IMG/VR virus record: IMGVR_UViG_3300004151_000006
Span: 1-64,000 of that record
Reading direction: 5' to 3' (one strand)
DNA: 64,000 nt
DNA from: a virus
Shown here in pieces: positions 54,039 to 63,916 of the stretch. The stretch's first letter is position 1. Every line of letters starts with the position of its first letter. A program made the position numbers and the translations under genes. The notes below the pieces were generated by a model that saw nothing but the letters and a program-made list of their open reading frames with translations, searched no databases and was not told where the DNA came from.

Positions 54039-56828
54039 GTGGCAGATAGCGCCAAAATAGTACCCAGCGCATTTACACAATTAGCTGGAGTAATCGATGA
54101 AAAACCCCGTGTCACAAATATTAATAATAAAGAATTAAACAATACTCCAGTATCGAAATATAGTCATAATGAAATTCTCAGTGTAATCAGAAATACTTAT
54201 GTTAGTGATAAAGAAGTACCAAATCCGAATTTAGCCAATGCCGAAGGACTCATATCATACTTTCTACCGATACATGAACAAATTGGACAAGTACTTCTTG
54301 ATACTGAGAAAATGAAGAAGTTAGCACCTGAAATCAATCAAGCTAAACTCATTCGTATCTCTTCTATCATGTCACCCAATGATATGCAAGATGGTAAATT
54401 TATTTTTGACATAGACCAAATACCTGGACTCACAGAAGATGCTCGTAAAAAGATCACAGACCTGCTTAGTGAATTTTTTAATGAGACTGAAAAGTTAGCT
54501 AAGAAAGCAGCCAAATGGTCTGGTGATGCGCTCTATGGTCCAGGAGCTAGTCCAGTATTGTTACTCCCATCAAGTTATCAAAAAGCTATGCATGAAGATG
54601 GTAAACATATTATCGGTAATCGAACTGATGATAAAGTGATTGGGAATACTTCATTATCTGTTGAATCAATCAAATTTACAAAACAAGAATATATGAAGAA
54701 ATTAGAAAATACTTTTATCTACACTGATAACACTGTTGGTATTGAACATTGGGCACTTACTATTCAGAAAGATACTGATCATAAATCAAAATGGGTAGAT
54801 GACATCTATGATAATTTGCCCACCACTTATTTATTAGATAAAGAAAAAGATGAACTTCGTGTTGGTATTGAACAAATCACTGTAAATTTTATCAAACAAA
54901 TTGAAGCAGGTGATATTATTAAATTAACTGAAAATCCAGAGATCATCAAATTTGCTACTGAATATAGAAAAAATACAAGTAAACAATTGGAAAATAAATT
55001 ACAAAATCATTTTAACATGCAAATGTCATATAAACAAGAAGATCTAATTAGTTTAAATAAATATATTAATACTAAAGAAGTAGATGACACACATCCACTC
55101 ATGTTGGATATCCCAGCTGAATCTGTGATACCAATCTGTGTACCGAGTAATGAACGTGAACATCTCGGATATTTTATATTACTTGACGAATCAGGTCAAC
55201 CAATTAAGGCTGATGAAAGCAGAATCTCTAATTCTAATGGTTGGGGTGGTGGGCCACAAGCTGCCTTTCAAGCTATGTTCGGTAGTAGTGAACGTAATAT
55301 ATTTCAATCTCCCAATTTCAAAAACTATGAAGAGATGACAGTACGTAAAATCTTTAATGGCCTGTTAGATGAATATCTTAAATCCAAGCTACGTGGTATT
55401 GGACATGAAGATGTCACTATTGATAAAACCAATGCTATCATGACCACCATGCTGTATAGGTTACTTGAACATAAACGTACTCGTATTTTATTTATCCCTT
55501 CATTTTTGATGTCATATATTTGTTTTGATTATCGAAAAAATGGTACAGGTAAATCTTTATTAGAAGATATTCATTATCTTCTTTCATTACGTGTGACCTT
55601 TCAAGTAGCTGCACTTATGGGTATGGCTAAAGATGCAATCAATCATCGTACTTTAAATCTCACTTTTGCAAATCAAGAAACCAATCCTCGAGCACTCATG
55701 GATCAATTGGTCAATATGTTTGTTGAAAAAGAACGTATGCCATTTAGTTTAGATCCCACTGAAGTATCTCGAGGTATAGCTAGAAATGCTATCTCTGTAG
55801 CACCAAAAAACTTACCAGGATTAGATGAGTTTGGTATTGAACGTGTCAATGATGCTGGTGGTGGTGGCAATAAACCAGATACTGAATTGCTAGATACTAT
55901 CACTAATATGTTAGTCACGGCATTGGGTGTACCTTACAGTGCACTCAATCAATTGGCTGAACAAGAATATGCTAAATCTATCGTTACTACTAATTTATTT
56001 TATTCCAAACAAATCAGACAAGATCAGGATATCCTTTGCCTATTTGCTGAGCATCTTGTTAAACAATATATAAAATTTTCTCCTAAATTACAAACTAAAA
56101 TTCAAGCTATTATCAAAGAGTTTTTAAAAGATCCAGATGATACATCTGAAGAAGCTGAAAAGAAAAATGAAAAACGTGGTACAGTACCTTCTACCCAACA
56201 TGCTCCTGAACTAGAAAATGATGTGATCACCAAACTCAACATGATTACAAAGCTAGTCATTGATAGTATCAGACTTAAATTACCCACACCAAATATTGCT
56301 CAAGATAAAGCACAATATGCTGAAATTACAGAATATATAAATGCACTTGATCAGTTCCTTAATGTCAAATATGCCAATGAATTAGTACCTGCTGATAACA
56401 TGGAGGCTACTACTGCACTCAATGTAATCAAAGCTACTATTAAGAGTATTGCAATTGATGATTTCTTTAGTAAGGTTGGTGTAGTCAATACCATGGATCT
56501 TCCTTCCATCGAAGAATTTATTGCTAAACATGATGCCACTGATGTACTACAGATATTGATGAACTTTAATAAAGGACTCAAAGATGTAGCTACTAAATTT
56601 GGGAGTGCTGATCCAATGGGCATGGGTGGTAGCGATATGAGTATGATGGGAGATGACATGATGGGTGGTATGGGTGATGAAGGTATGATGGGAGATGAAC
56701 CACCTATGGATATGAATATGGATACTGGACCAGAGATGATGCCAGATGAAGTGCCCACATCCACTAAAGAAGAAAATAAAAACATGGATGGTACTTTTAA
56801 TATTCCTGAAGATAATAAGCCAGTGTAG
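54039..56828 (+). CDS. large hypothetical structural protein (929 aa; portal is one possibility) with Met/Gly/Asp-rich C-terminal tail
   Basis: GTG 54039 with AGGAGG 7 nt upstream (the 53967 start would overlap the divergent gene); function not established. Confidence 0.8.
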   Translation: MADSAKIVPSAFTQLAGVIDEKPRVTNINNKELNNTPVSKYSHNEILSVIRNTYVSDKEVPNPNLANAEGLISYFLPIHEQIGQVLLDTEKMKKLAPEINQAKLIRISSIMSPNDMQDGKFIFDIDQIPGLTEDARKKITDLLSEFFNETEKLAKKAAKWSGDALYGPGASPVLLLPSSYQKAMHEDGKHIIGNRTDDKVIGNTSLSVESIKFTKQEYMKKLENTFIYTDNTVGIEHWALTIQKDTDHKSKWVDDIYDNLPTTYLLDKEKDELRVGIEQITVNFIKQIEAGDIIKLTENPEIIKFATEYRKNTSKQLENKLQNHFNMQMSYKQEDLISLNKYINTKEVDDTHPLMLDIPAESVIPICVPSNEREHLGYFILLDESGQPIKADESRISNSNGWGGGPQAAFQAMFGSSERNIFQSPNFKNYEEMTVRKIFNGLLDEYLKSKLRGIGHEDVTIDKTNAIMTTMLYRLLEHKRTRILFIPSFLMSYICFDYRKNGTGKSLLEDIHYLLSLRVTFQVAALMGMAKDAINHRTLNLTFANQETNPRALMDQLVNMFVEKERMPFSLDPTEVSRGIARNAISVAPKNLPGLDEFGIERVNDAGGGGNKPDTELLDTITNMLVTALGVPYSALNQLAEQEYAKSIVTTNLFYSKQIRQDQDILCLFAEHLVKQYIKFSPKLQTKIQAIIKEFLKDPDDTSEEAEKKNEKRGTVPSTQHAPELENDVITKLNMITKLVIDSIRLKLPTPNIAQDKAQYAEITEYINALDQFLNVKYANELVPADNMEATTALNVIKATIKSIAIDDFFSKVGVVNTMDLPSIEEFIAKHDATDVLQILMNFNKGLKDVATKFGSADPMGMGGSDMSMMGDDMMGGMGDEGMMGDEPPMDMNMDTGPEMMPDEVPTSTKEENKNMDGTFNIPEDNKPV

Positions 56829-56837
56829 TATGATCTC

Positions 56838-56867
56838 CTGGAGAGGGGCCCTATGGCCCCTCTCCAG
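56838..56867. terminator. GC-clamped hairpin (CTGGAGAGGGGCC CTAT GGCCCCTCTCCAG)
   Basis: 13-bp perfect stem between convergent genes. Confidence 0.6.
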
Positions 56868-56892
56868 ATAGATCAATTAGATGTGATGTTGG

Positions 56893-57975
56893 TTAAACGA
56901 GAGTTCCACCAGTGGCTTCAGTCGTATCCGTAGCCACGGTGGTAGTACCACGATAAGACTCACCATCAGCAGCAGCCGGGGCACTCTCAGTCAAGAGCTG
57001 ACCAGGTCCCTGGTAGTACTGATTGGTGGGATTGATTCCCCGATAGCCCTGGAAGGCCGTAGCATTGCCAGGAGCAGACACGGTATCTGGATTGTATCCA
57101 CCACCGTTGACTTCATCGGAGATGCCGTAGTTCTTGATCACCGGCTGAATGGCTTCATCGAAGCCAGTCTTGCCGAGGATACCAGGCAGGGCCAGGTTGT
57201 AGTTGACCTGATGCATACGCAGCATGACAGCCACCTGGTAGGCCAGCTCACGAATGTTTTCGTTGTGCTGGACGATGCCGGTGTACTGGATAGTGCGTTC
57301 CTGCAAGTTAGTCGTGTTGATGACACGCTGCAACTGCAGGGGACCAATATCCGTCGGGAAGACGTTCGTGTAGAACGCCGCATCGATGATGCGATCCGGA
57401 AGCATGGTGGCATCGTACTGGATCGCCAGGAAGCTCATTGACCAAGCTGTCATGACCCAGGGCGGAATCTCACCGATGTCGGTGTTCATCGAGAGGGCCG
57501 AAGCATTGGTATCCGGATGTTGCATATCGAAGATCCACCGACGGTGCAGGTTCCAGCAGAGGTTGCCGGTCACTTCGGTGTATTCGATAGACGGTGAGAT
57601 CTGACCGCGAGTGCTGCGTGTCGGGATCTTGAGTGTCTGGCCATCATGGCCAATGGGAGTTTCAGCAGTCTCAACTGCATAGTTAAACTCAATACCAGTC
57701 ACAGACTTAGCATGAGTCTCGACCATGGACTTGAGCATCATCTGGAGATCAGGGATCCCATCCCACATGGAAGGGGTATGAAGCACCACAATGACTGCCG
57801 GAGTGAATGCCAACGGAGTGGCCGCATCCAACTTGGTATACTTTACACCAGTCCCAAGTTGACCACCCGTGAACAGGTTACCAACAGCTCCACGCTGTCC
57901 GATGCCAAGTCCGGTGATGTTACCGATCAGAGCATCCGTCATGGAGTTAGGCGCAGCAATAGGTTTACCGTTCAT
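56893..57975 (-). CDS. possible tail tube protein (360 aa), G+C-rich
   Basis: GGAGG 8 nt upstream; lies 3 nt downstream of the sheath-like gene; the assignment rests on position only. Confidence 0.7.
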   Translation of the reverse strand: MNGKPIAAPNSMTDALIGNITGLGIGQRGAVGNLFTGGQLGTGVKYTKLDAATPLAFTPAVIVVLHTPSMWDGIPDLQMMLKSMVETHAKSVTGIEFNYAVETAETPIGHDGQTLKIPTRSTRGQISPSIEYTEVTGNLCWNLHRRWIFDMQHPDTNASALSMNTDIGEIPPWVMTAWSMSFLAIQYDATMLPDRIIDAAFYTNVFPTDIGPLQLQRVINTTNLQERTIQYTGIVQHNENIRELAYQVAVMLRMHQVNYNLALPGILGKTGFDEAIQPVIKNYGISDEVNGGGYNPDTVSAPGNATAFQGYRGINPTNQYYQGPGQLLTESAPAAADGESYRGTTTVATDTTEATGGTLV

Positions 57976-57978
57976 AGA

Positions 57979-60012
57979 TTAAGCCTCCTCGGGGGTGTAG
58001 CCACTGCGCCAACAAACGATATCCACATCCCAAATGCGGTTCGGGGCATGGCCAATCAGATTGACAGTACCGTGGGTAGTATAACCGATCTTTTGTTCTT
58101 CATCAGTACGATAGAAATTCACTGAGACACCATATGTACCATTGAGCATATGCTGCATATCTTTCAGCGTAGTACGCTTGGCAGCAGCAGCCAGGATCTC
58201 AAACGGGAGTTCCTTACCGGCATGGACCGCCCAGTTGTACCGCACGATGTGCTTCGTATAGACCACGGCATCAGTGAAGATAGCCGAAGACAGAACCGAA
58301 GTGTCGTAACGATAAACAGTGCGGATATCCGGCCAGTGTACCCGATGACGATCGTAGAACTGGACATAGTTGAGACCATAGTCCCAGCTATCCTGCTTAT
58401 GATCGACCTTGCAGGGGAACCAGTTCATCTTGGTGACCTTGAAGAGCTTGACCTGCGAAAGCGGGAGACCCTTCGGCATGCCATCCAAGTAGTTCTTGGA
58501 CTGGTGATATGCACGCTTGGTCATGGCTTCCAACGTCAACGGAAGGAAACCCTCATACCTGGTATTGTCTACCAGATACCCAGCTTGCTGGTAGATCTCC
58601 ACCCTGCAGCATTCCGTACCATGGATGATAGATTCCGGCTGCAAGAGAGCTGCACTGTGTACAGCCATACCAACAGACATATCTTCATCCTTGGTATTCA
58701 TTCGATCCCGCTGACAATCCTGGGTAGACAAGATCACCTTGATGTCATCCCGCACAGCCAGGAAGCTCAAGAAAGCTTTCTTAGTTTCCAGCAAGACACC
58801 CGTATCCCAGACATGGGTAATGGGGAATCGAGCAGAATCAGAGATTTCCGGGAACAGATCATCTTTCAACCATTGACGAGTCAACGTTTCAATTGAAGTA
58901 TCAGTAATATCACCATCAGACCCACCAGACAAATAGATAATATAATTCTGATTAAGGACAACACTATTGGGATCAGTAGCATCCATTTCGATTTCCACAT
59001 GATCAAGATACGTACCATCAGCTTTACGACCAGTGAACAGATCGATCATATAGGGATTAGTTTCAGTCACATTAGGTTCAACATTAAGAACCGCAGTAGC
59101 TACAGCTTTATAATAGTTATCATAAGTGTGTACAGCAAAAGGAAGTTTAGAGAGCTGCATAGTCGAAGACCAGAACAAATCATCCAGTACATAGGTGAGT
59201 GCTAAATTCTTATCTAAAGTCTTATCAATAGCATCAGGACGAATACTGGCACGCACAAATGAATCACCATATGAAGAACGTACAGGAGAAACAGTATCCT
59301 GACCATACGTCTTTTTAACTACATAATACTGAAACTCCAAAGCACCAATACGGGATACCTGAGCTGCATCCACATTGATCGGATCATAATGAATCTTATA
59401 TCCAAGTTCATCACCATATTCACCAGGATACAAAGCACGATGTGCCAACATTGGGAAAGTCTGAGTGGATACACCAGCTTCTTCTACAGTGACAGGTCTC
59501 AATGAATTAAGTGTAACATCCTGTGCAATGATATCTTTAGTCCATTTCAATTTATATCCAGGTTCCTTAATGATATCACCAGAAGTAGCATCAGTGAGCG
59601 GAATCTTATTTCCATCAGTATCTAAAACAAAGCCACCGAATTCATCTTTCTTATACTGGGTAATTTGTGCAGGAGTGATTTTCAATTTCAGTGCAGAAGA
59701 AGAATACTTAGCAGTATCTGGAGCCAGTCGGACATAGAAACAGCCCTGACGTTCAAAAAGATGCTGCATATAAACAGATTCACGAGAATGATATTTTGAA
59801 TACTTGTCAAACGTACCTTCACCATACATCCATTTTGCAGAATCATAGGTCCCATTCCACGTAGGAAATCCAATGGGGCCTTGCATAGCACGCCCAAAAA
59901 ACACGGGACGATGTAATGGGAGTTCTTCCCGATACAGCGGCGTGTAAATGGACTTGTCCAACACGTTCATTTGCGCATGCGGAAACGTGTTTAAGATAGA
60001 CGTCGTACCCAT
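57979..60012 (-). CDS. contractile tail sheath-like protein (677 aa), G+C-rich
   Basis: GGAAGGAG 7 nt upstream of ATG 60012 (track start 60045 is TTG); size and YLSGGSDGD...THVWDTG segment are reminiscent of sheath families; major capsid not excluded. Confidence 0.75.
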   Translation of the reverse strand: MGTTSILNTFPHAQMNVLDKSIYTPLYREELPLHRPVFFGRAMQGPIGFPTWNGTYDSAKWMYGEGTFDKYSKYHSRESVYMQHLFERQGCFYVRLAPDTAKYSSSALKLKITPAQITQYKKDEFGGFVLDTDGNKIPLTDATSGDIIKEPGYKLKWTKDIIAQDVTLNSLRPVTVEEAGVSTQTFPMLAHRALYPGEYGDELGYKIHYDPINVDAAQVSRIGALEFQYYVVKKTYGQDTVSPVRSSYGDSFVRASIRPDAIDKTLDKNLALTYVLDDLFWSSTMQLSKLPFAVHTYDNYYKAVATAVLNVEPNVTETNPYMIDLFTGRKADGTYLDHVEIEMDATDPNSVVLNQNYIIYLSGGSDGDITDTSIETLTRQWLKDDLFPEISDSARFPITHVWDTGVLLETKKAFLSFLAVRDDIKVILSTQDCQRDRMNTKDEDMSVGMAVHSAALLQPESIIHGTECCRVEIYQQAGYLVDNTRYEGFLPLTLEAMTKRAYHQSKNYLDGMPKGLPLSQVKLFKVTKMNWFPCKVDHKQDSWDYGLNYVQFYDRHRVHWPDIRTVYRYDTSVLSSAIFTDAVVYTKHIVRYNWAVHAGKELPFEILAAAAKRTTLKDMQHMLNGTYGVSVNFYRTDEEQKIGYTTHGTVNLIGHAPNRIWDVDIVCWRSGYTPEEA

Positions 60013-60091
60013 GTGTGTGCTCCTTCCTGAAGGAAAAATGCTCAACGCTGCCGGGGCATCGTATAGGTTAACGATTTTGGAGCAATCTTGC

Positions 60092-60100
60092 CTATAAGAT
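60092..60100 (-). promoter_or_regulatory. promoter-like motif ATCTTATAG (exact)
   Basis: Correct orientation, 80 nt upstream of ATG 60012. Confidence 0.45.
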
Positions 60101-60175
60101 TGCCTGATAGCAACTTACTGAGGAATATAAAACTCAGTATACCAAATATACCCTTTTACCTAAAAGGATCCACAT

Positions 60176-61213
60176 ATGTTGAATAAAACACTGCTATCTA
60201 CCCAAGCTGCTGAGCTCTCCGGTATCAATGCCACGATACCTAAAATAGTAAAATATTTAGCTGACAACAGAAATTGTTATCTTGACAATGGTGTGATGCG
60301 CAACATTTATCAAATGAAACCACTCATCCCAACAGCATTCAATATCATTTTTGATAATATCCTAGAAAGTGATAAATTAGATGTGTTTGCACCTATCCGT
60401 ACAGATATGGGTACTGTACCTGAATTTCTTTCTACTAATGAATTTGTGTTGGATTTAAAATGGATACCCACAAGCAGTGAAGTACTTAGATCTTATCCAG
60501 AATTTCACCATAAAGTATTGATTAATTTAAGCCCTATCTTAAGAGTGAGTAAAACTACGCCGATACACTACAGCGTGAGTGACATCAACGTCATGCATGC
60601 TCTCTTTGTAAGAGCAGCTTTAGTTGCCTCATATCAAGATAGTGATGGTTGGCTTACTCCCCAATTGGGAGTATTTATCGCAAAAACCTATAGTATGGTG
60701 ATTTCTAGCCTTTTGGCTAAGCAATATGATTTGACTATCGTAGAACAATATACACTTGCTAGTGTATTTGCACTTTATATGTGTCAGATGTTAGGTGATA
60801 AAGATGATGATCTTATCATGCCTGCACTGTTTAATCGATGCACTTTTCTTTTTCCTCAACACAATCAATTAATAGCTATTGCTAAAGCTATGGAACATTA
60901 TTCAAAGATTGGACTCAATGTCGGTAGTATTTGTCAACTCATCTCTGAATTGGGACCCCAGCGTATGAAAGATTTTAATCCAAATATTCTGTATCGTAAT
61001 ATTAGTAATCTTGGTACTTCAACGATTCAAATGGCATTGGCTTTTGAATGTCCACCATTGTGGGTATATCAATTATTACTTACTATCTCTGGAGTAAAGA
61101 CACGTCTTCATCATGTGCTCAAAGAAAATAGACTCTTTGAAGACTGTAAATCATTTGGACGTGAATTGAATACTTCTCGTACATTCATTGATATACTCAA
61201 TACCAATCGTTAA
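60176..61213 (+). CDS. hypothetical protein (345 aa)
   Basis: AAAGGA upstream; divergent from the sheath operon. Confidence 0.8.
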   Translation: MLNKTLLSTQAAELSGINATIPKIVKYLADNRNCYLDNGVMRNIYQMKPLIPTAFNIIFDNILESDKLDVFAPIRTDMGTVPEFLSTNEFVLDLKWIPTSSEVLRSYPEFHHKVLINLSPILRVSKTTPIHYSVSDINVMHALFVRAALVASYQDSDGWLTPQLGVFIAKTYSMVISSLLAKQYDLTIVEQYTLASVFALYMCQMLGDKDDDLIMPALFNRCTFLFPQHNQLIAIAKAMEHYSKIGLNVGSICQLISELGPQRMKDFNPNILYRNISNLGTSTIQMALAFECPPLWVYQLLLTISGVKTRLHHVLKENRLFEDCKSFGRELNTSRTFIDILNTNR

Positions 61214-61243
61214 TATGTTTATTCATCAAAGGAGTAGTTCCCC

Positions 61244-63916
61244 ATGACAGATACTGAAAAAGCATTATGTGAAATACTCAATCAATATTGTTTTGATTGG
61301 GTATGGAATGAACCACTCTCTGAACTCCGTGAAAATATCAAACCAATACTTCTTAGTACCAGATCACAAAAAGGTAATTTTATTTATAAAGAAGAACTCA
61401 TTCCAGTACCTAATCAAGTAGATGGACCATTTTTCATGTATGGTATGTTTTATTCAGATGTCTGTGTGAATTTTACTATTCCAACAGAAACTTGGATAAG
61501 TCTAGAAACACTCTGTAATGATCACAATGTATTGATGGATATGTATAGTCATAAAGGTAAAGTCTGTCATAAAGGATATACTTTCATCCAGCTCAATAAG
61601 AGTAGGACTCGTATACTCATTGCTATCCAAAAAAATATGTGTAAACAATTCATTGATATAAATGATATGGATGAAGTCTATTTCACTGTACAGTTTGACA
61701 GTGATAAAGTCAATGAATGTACTGTCTATAGTCATTTCATCCCAACTACTGATATGTCTGGTACTTATAGATCCATGTTACTTCAACAACTCAATGCTTG
61801 GTCTCCTAAGTATCAACAGACTGTAATGTATATCAATGGTGTTGAATCTACTGACTTTGCTCCAAGTCTTAAGATGGGAGATTATATTGATGTTATTGTT
61901 GATGAGAATATAGCATTTAGTTTTGATCTTGATCTCACTGATATTACTAAAGATTTTGCTTATTATTCTGAAATGGATAAAACATATAAACAAATAATCC
62001 ATATTCCCAAAACTTTAAATCCAATCAATAGAGTAATTACTCATGATACTTGTGATATCTGGGTAAGGAGGAAAGTCCCCCTTACCCGTAGTGTGGAAGG
62101 TGCATATATGCACCGTGCAGCTAAACGTGGTGTCACTAATATTACACATAATGATTTTGGTATCCCTTTATATATCTTAGATGCATTTCGAGATCATCTA
62201 GATACTCAAGATATCACATTGCATGTTGTGTGTCGTTATTATGATAAAGACAATACCTTAATAAGAGATGCATCATTCATTGATCTTCTTTATACTCAAG
62301 ATGATGAGACTATCCTTACTACTTTAAAAGGTAATCTTAATTTCATTGGATTAGATTTTTGGAAAGCATATCAATTAGAACAAACTGAATATGTAAAGAT
62401 GTTTTTCAATCTAGCCGAACTTTATAGTGTCAATTTAGAATATTATGTAAAAGCTTTAGGTTATTATCACACCATTGTACTATTGGCATCTCGTATAGCT
62501 ACAAAGACCATCAGTATGGAAAGTACTCCTGAATTTTATGTGAATAGAGTTATGGTCTATGAAAAACCACCTCTTTATAAACAATATAAATCATTACCTT
62601 TGGTCTATCGCAATGGGCTCAAATTAAAATATAGTGATTATGGATATGTTGATCAGGGTGATACTATCACCATTAGTATGGGTGATGATGTAGTATCTAA
62701 CAGTGGTGATACTTTTACTACAGTATTGTATCTCGATGATGATAGATCTATTTATCTTGTAAATCCCAATACCACAGATACTTTCATTCAACTTCCTTAT
62801 ACTAAATTTAAATTATATGAAGTCACCACTGATGAATATCGTACATTTAAGGGAGTGGATCAAACAAGTAATGTAAGTTATAAAGATGTGACTGATGTCT
62901 ATGGACTCTATGCACTCCACACCACTGTGGATGGAATTTTACAATTAAGTTATGGTCCTGATATGCAAGACAAGACCTATGTTATTTGTAATGATAGATG
63001 TAGCTATGTTTATACGTATGATATTACTTCATTAGTTACTGCAGGTGAAAATGTGGTAATCCCCATTCAAATGAATGTGAAAAATAAAGCTAATGTACAA
63101 GTGCCCATCATTAATTTTAATAATATCTCAGTGTATATTAATGGTAGATATTTAATCAAAGACTTGGATTTCATTGTCAACACTGTCTATAATCATCTTG
63201 ATAATGTATCATTTAAACAGATCGTAATTCAGACTATGGAATATTTGATTGAACCTGGTACTAATTGGGTAGAAGTAATCCTCAATACAGATGAGATTGA
63301 TGATAGTTCTCTAAGTTTTCAAATCTCTGGTATCTGTACTGATCCTACTCCAGCCAATCTCTGGTTTCCCACCGTATCATTGTTACATATTGATGGTCAA
63401 TTGGTGAATCAAGTGACTGATAAAGGAGTATATCTTTCTGTTGATCCTGATAAATATAGACAAGGTGCACCTTATGAGGTACAAACTAGTGTGCCTGGTA
63501 TAGTAAGAGAGTTCATCTCTAAATATCATACTAATGAAGACAAAGCTCGTTTAGCAAAGATCAATGAATATTTTGGACAATTAAATCCCAATTATCCTGA
63601 TATAACTTTATTACCACAATCACACCGTATATATTCTACACTACTCAATAGGGTACTGAGAGATATTGTATTCGGTAATAAACAAATGGCTGATGATCCC
63701 GATAGTAATCGTATTAAAGAACAGCTTTTAGACTATGATTATCTTCGTGAATTAGACATTGTCCAACTCAATAAAAACAATTCTATGTATATTGATTATT
63801 ATCCAAGTTATAGACAATATGAATATACCTCTGAACAATTGTTGGTAATCAAAACTATCATCTCTTCTAACCTACCCAATGAAGCCATTAGGGCTAAGGC
63901 GGATACTCACAAATGA
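61244..63916 (+). CDS. large hypothetical (probably virion) protein (890 aa)
   Basis: AAAGGAG upstream. Confidence 0.85.
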   Translation: MTDTEKALCEILNQYCFDWVWNEPLSELRENIKPILLSTRSQKGNFIYKEELIPVPNQVDGPFFMYGMFYSDVCVNFTIPTETWISLETLCNDHNVLMDMYSHKGKVCHKGYTFIQLNKSRTRILIAIQKNMCKQFIDINDMDEVYFTVQFDSDKVNECTVYSHFIPTTDMSGTYRSMLLQQLNAWSPKYQQTVMYINGVESTDFAPSLKMGDYIDVIVDENIAFSFDLDLTDITKDFAYYSEMDKTYKQIIHIPKTLNPINRVITHDTCDIWVRRKVPLTRSVEGAYMHRAAKRGVTNITHNDFGIPLYILDAFRDHLDTQDITLHVVCRYYDKDNTLIRDASFIDLLYTQDDETILTTLKGNLNFIGLDFWKAYQLEQTEYVKMFFNLAELYSVNLEYYVKALGYYHTIVLLASRIATKTISMESTPEFYVNRVMVYEKPPLYKQYKSLPLVYRNGLKLKYSDYGYVDQGDTITISMGDDVVSNSGDTFTTVLYLDDDRSIYLVNPNTTDTFIQLPYTKFKLYEVTTDEYRTFKGVDQTSNVSYKDVTDVYGLYALHTTVDGILQLSYGPDMQDKTYVICNDRCSYVYTYDITSLVTAGENVVIPIQMNVKNKANVQVPIINFNNISVYINGRYLIKDLDFIVNTVYNHLDNVSFKQIVIQTMEYLIEPGTNWVEVILNTDEIDDSSLSFQISGICTDPTPANLWFPTVSLLHIDGQLVNQVTDKGVYLSVDPDKYRQGAPYEVQTSVPGIVREFISKYHTNEDKARLAKINEYFGQLNPNYPDITLLPQSHRIYSTLLNRVLRDIVFGNKQMADDPDSNRIKEQLLDYDYLRELDIVQLNKNNSMYIDYYPSYRQYEYTSEQLLVIKTIISSNLPNEAIRAKADTHK

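Noticed and set aside
99-56867. CRISPR array or other direct-repeat array formed by the hairpins
   Set aside because: The hairpins are individual inverted repeats with mostly unrelated sequences, scattered kilobases apart at gene ends. There are no regularly spaced direct repeats and no cas genes.
57138-58896. Plus- and minus-strand ORFs inside the sheath/tube region (57138..57413, 57211..57441, 57386..57604, 57646..58125, 58150..58896 and others)
   Set aside because: Same G+C artefact. They are embedded in two long, RBS-preceded minus-strand genes.
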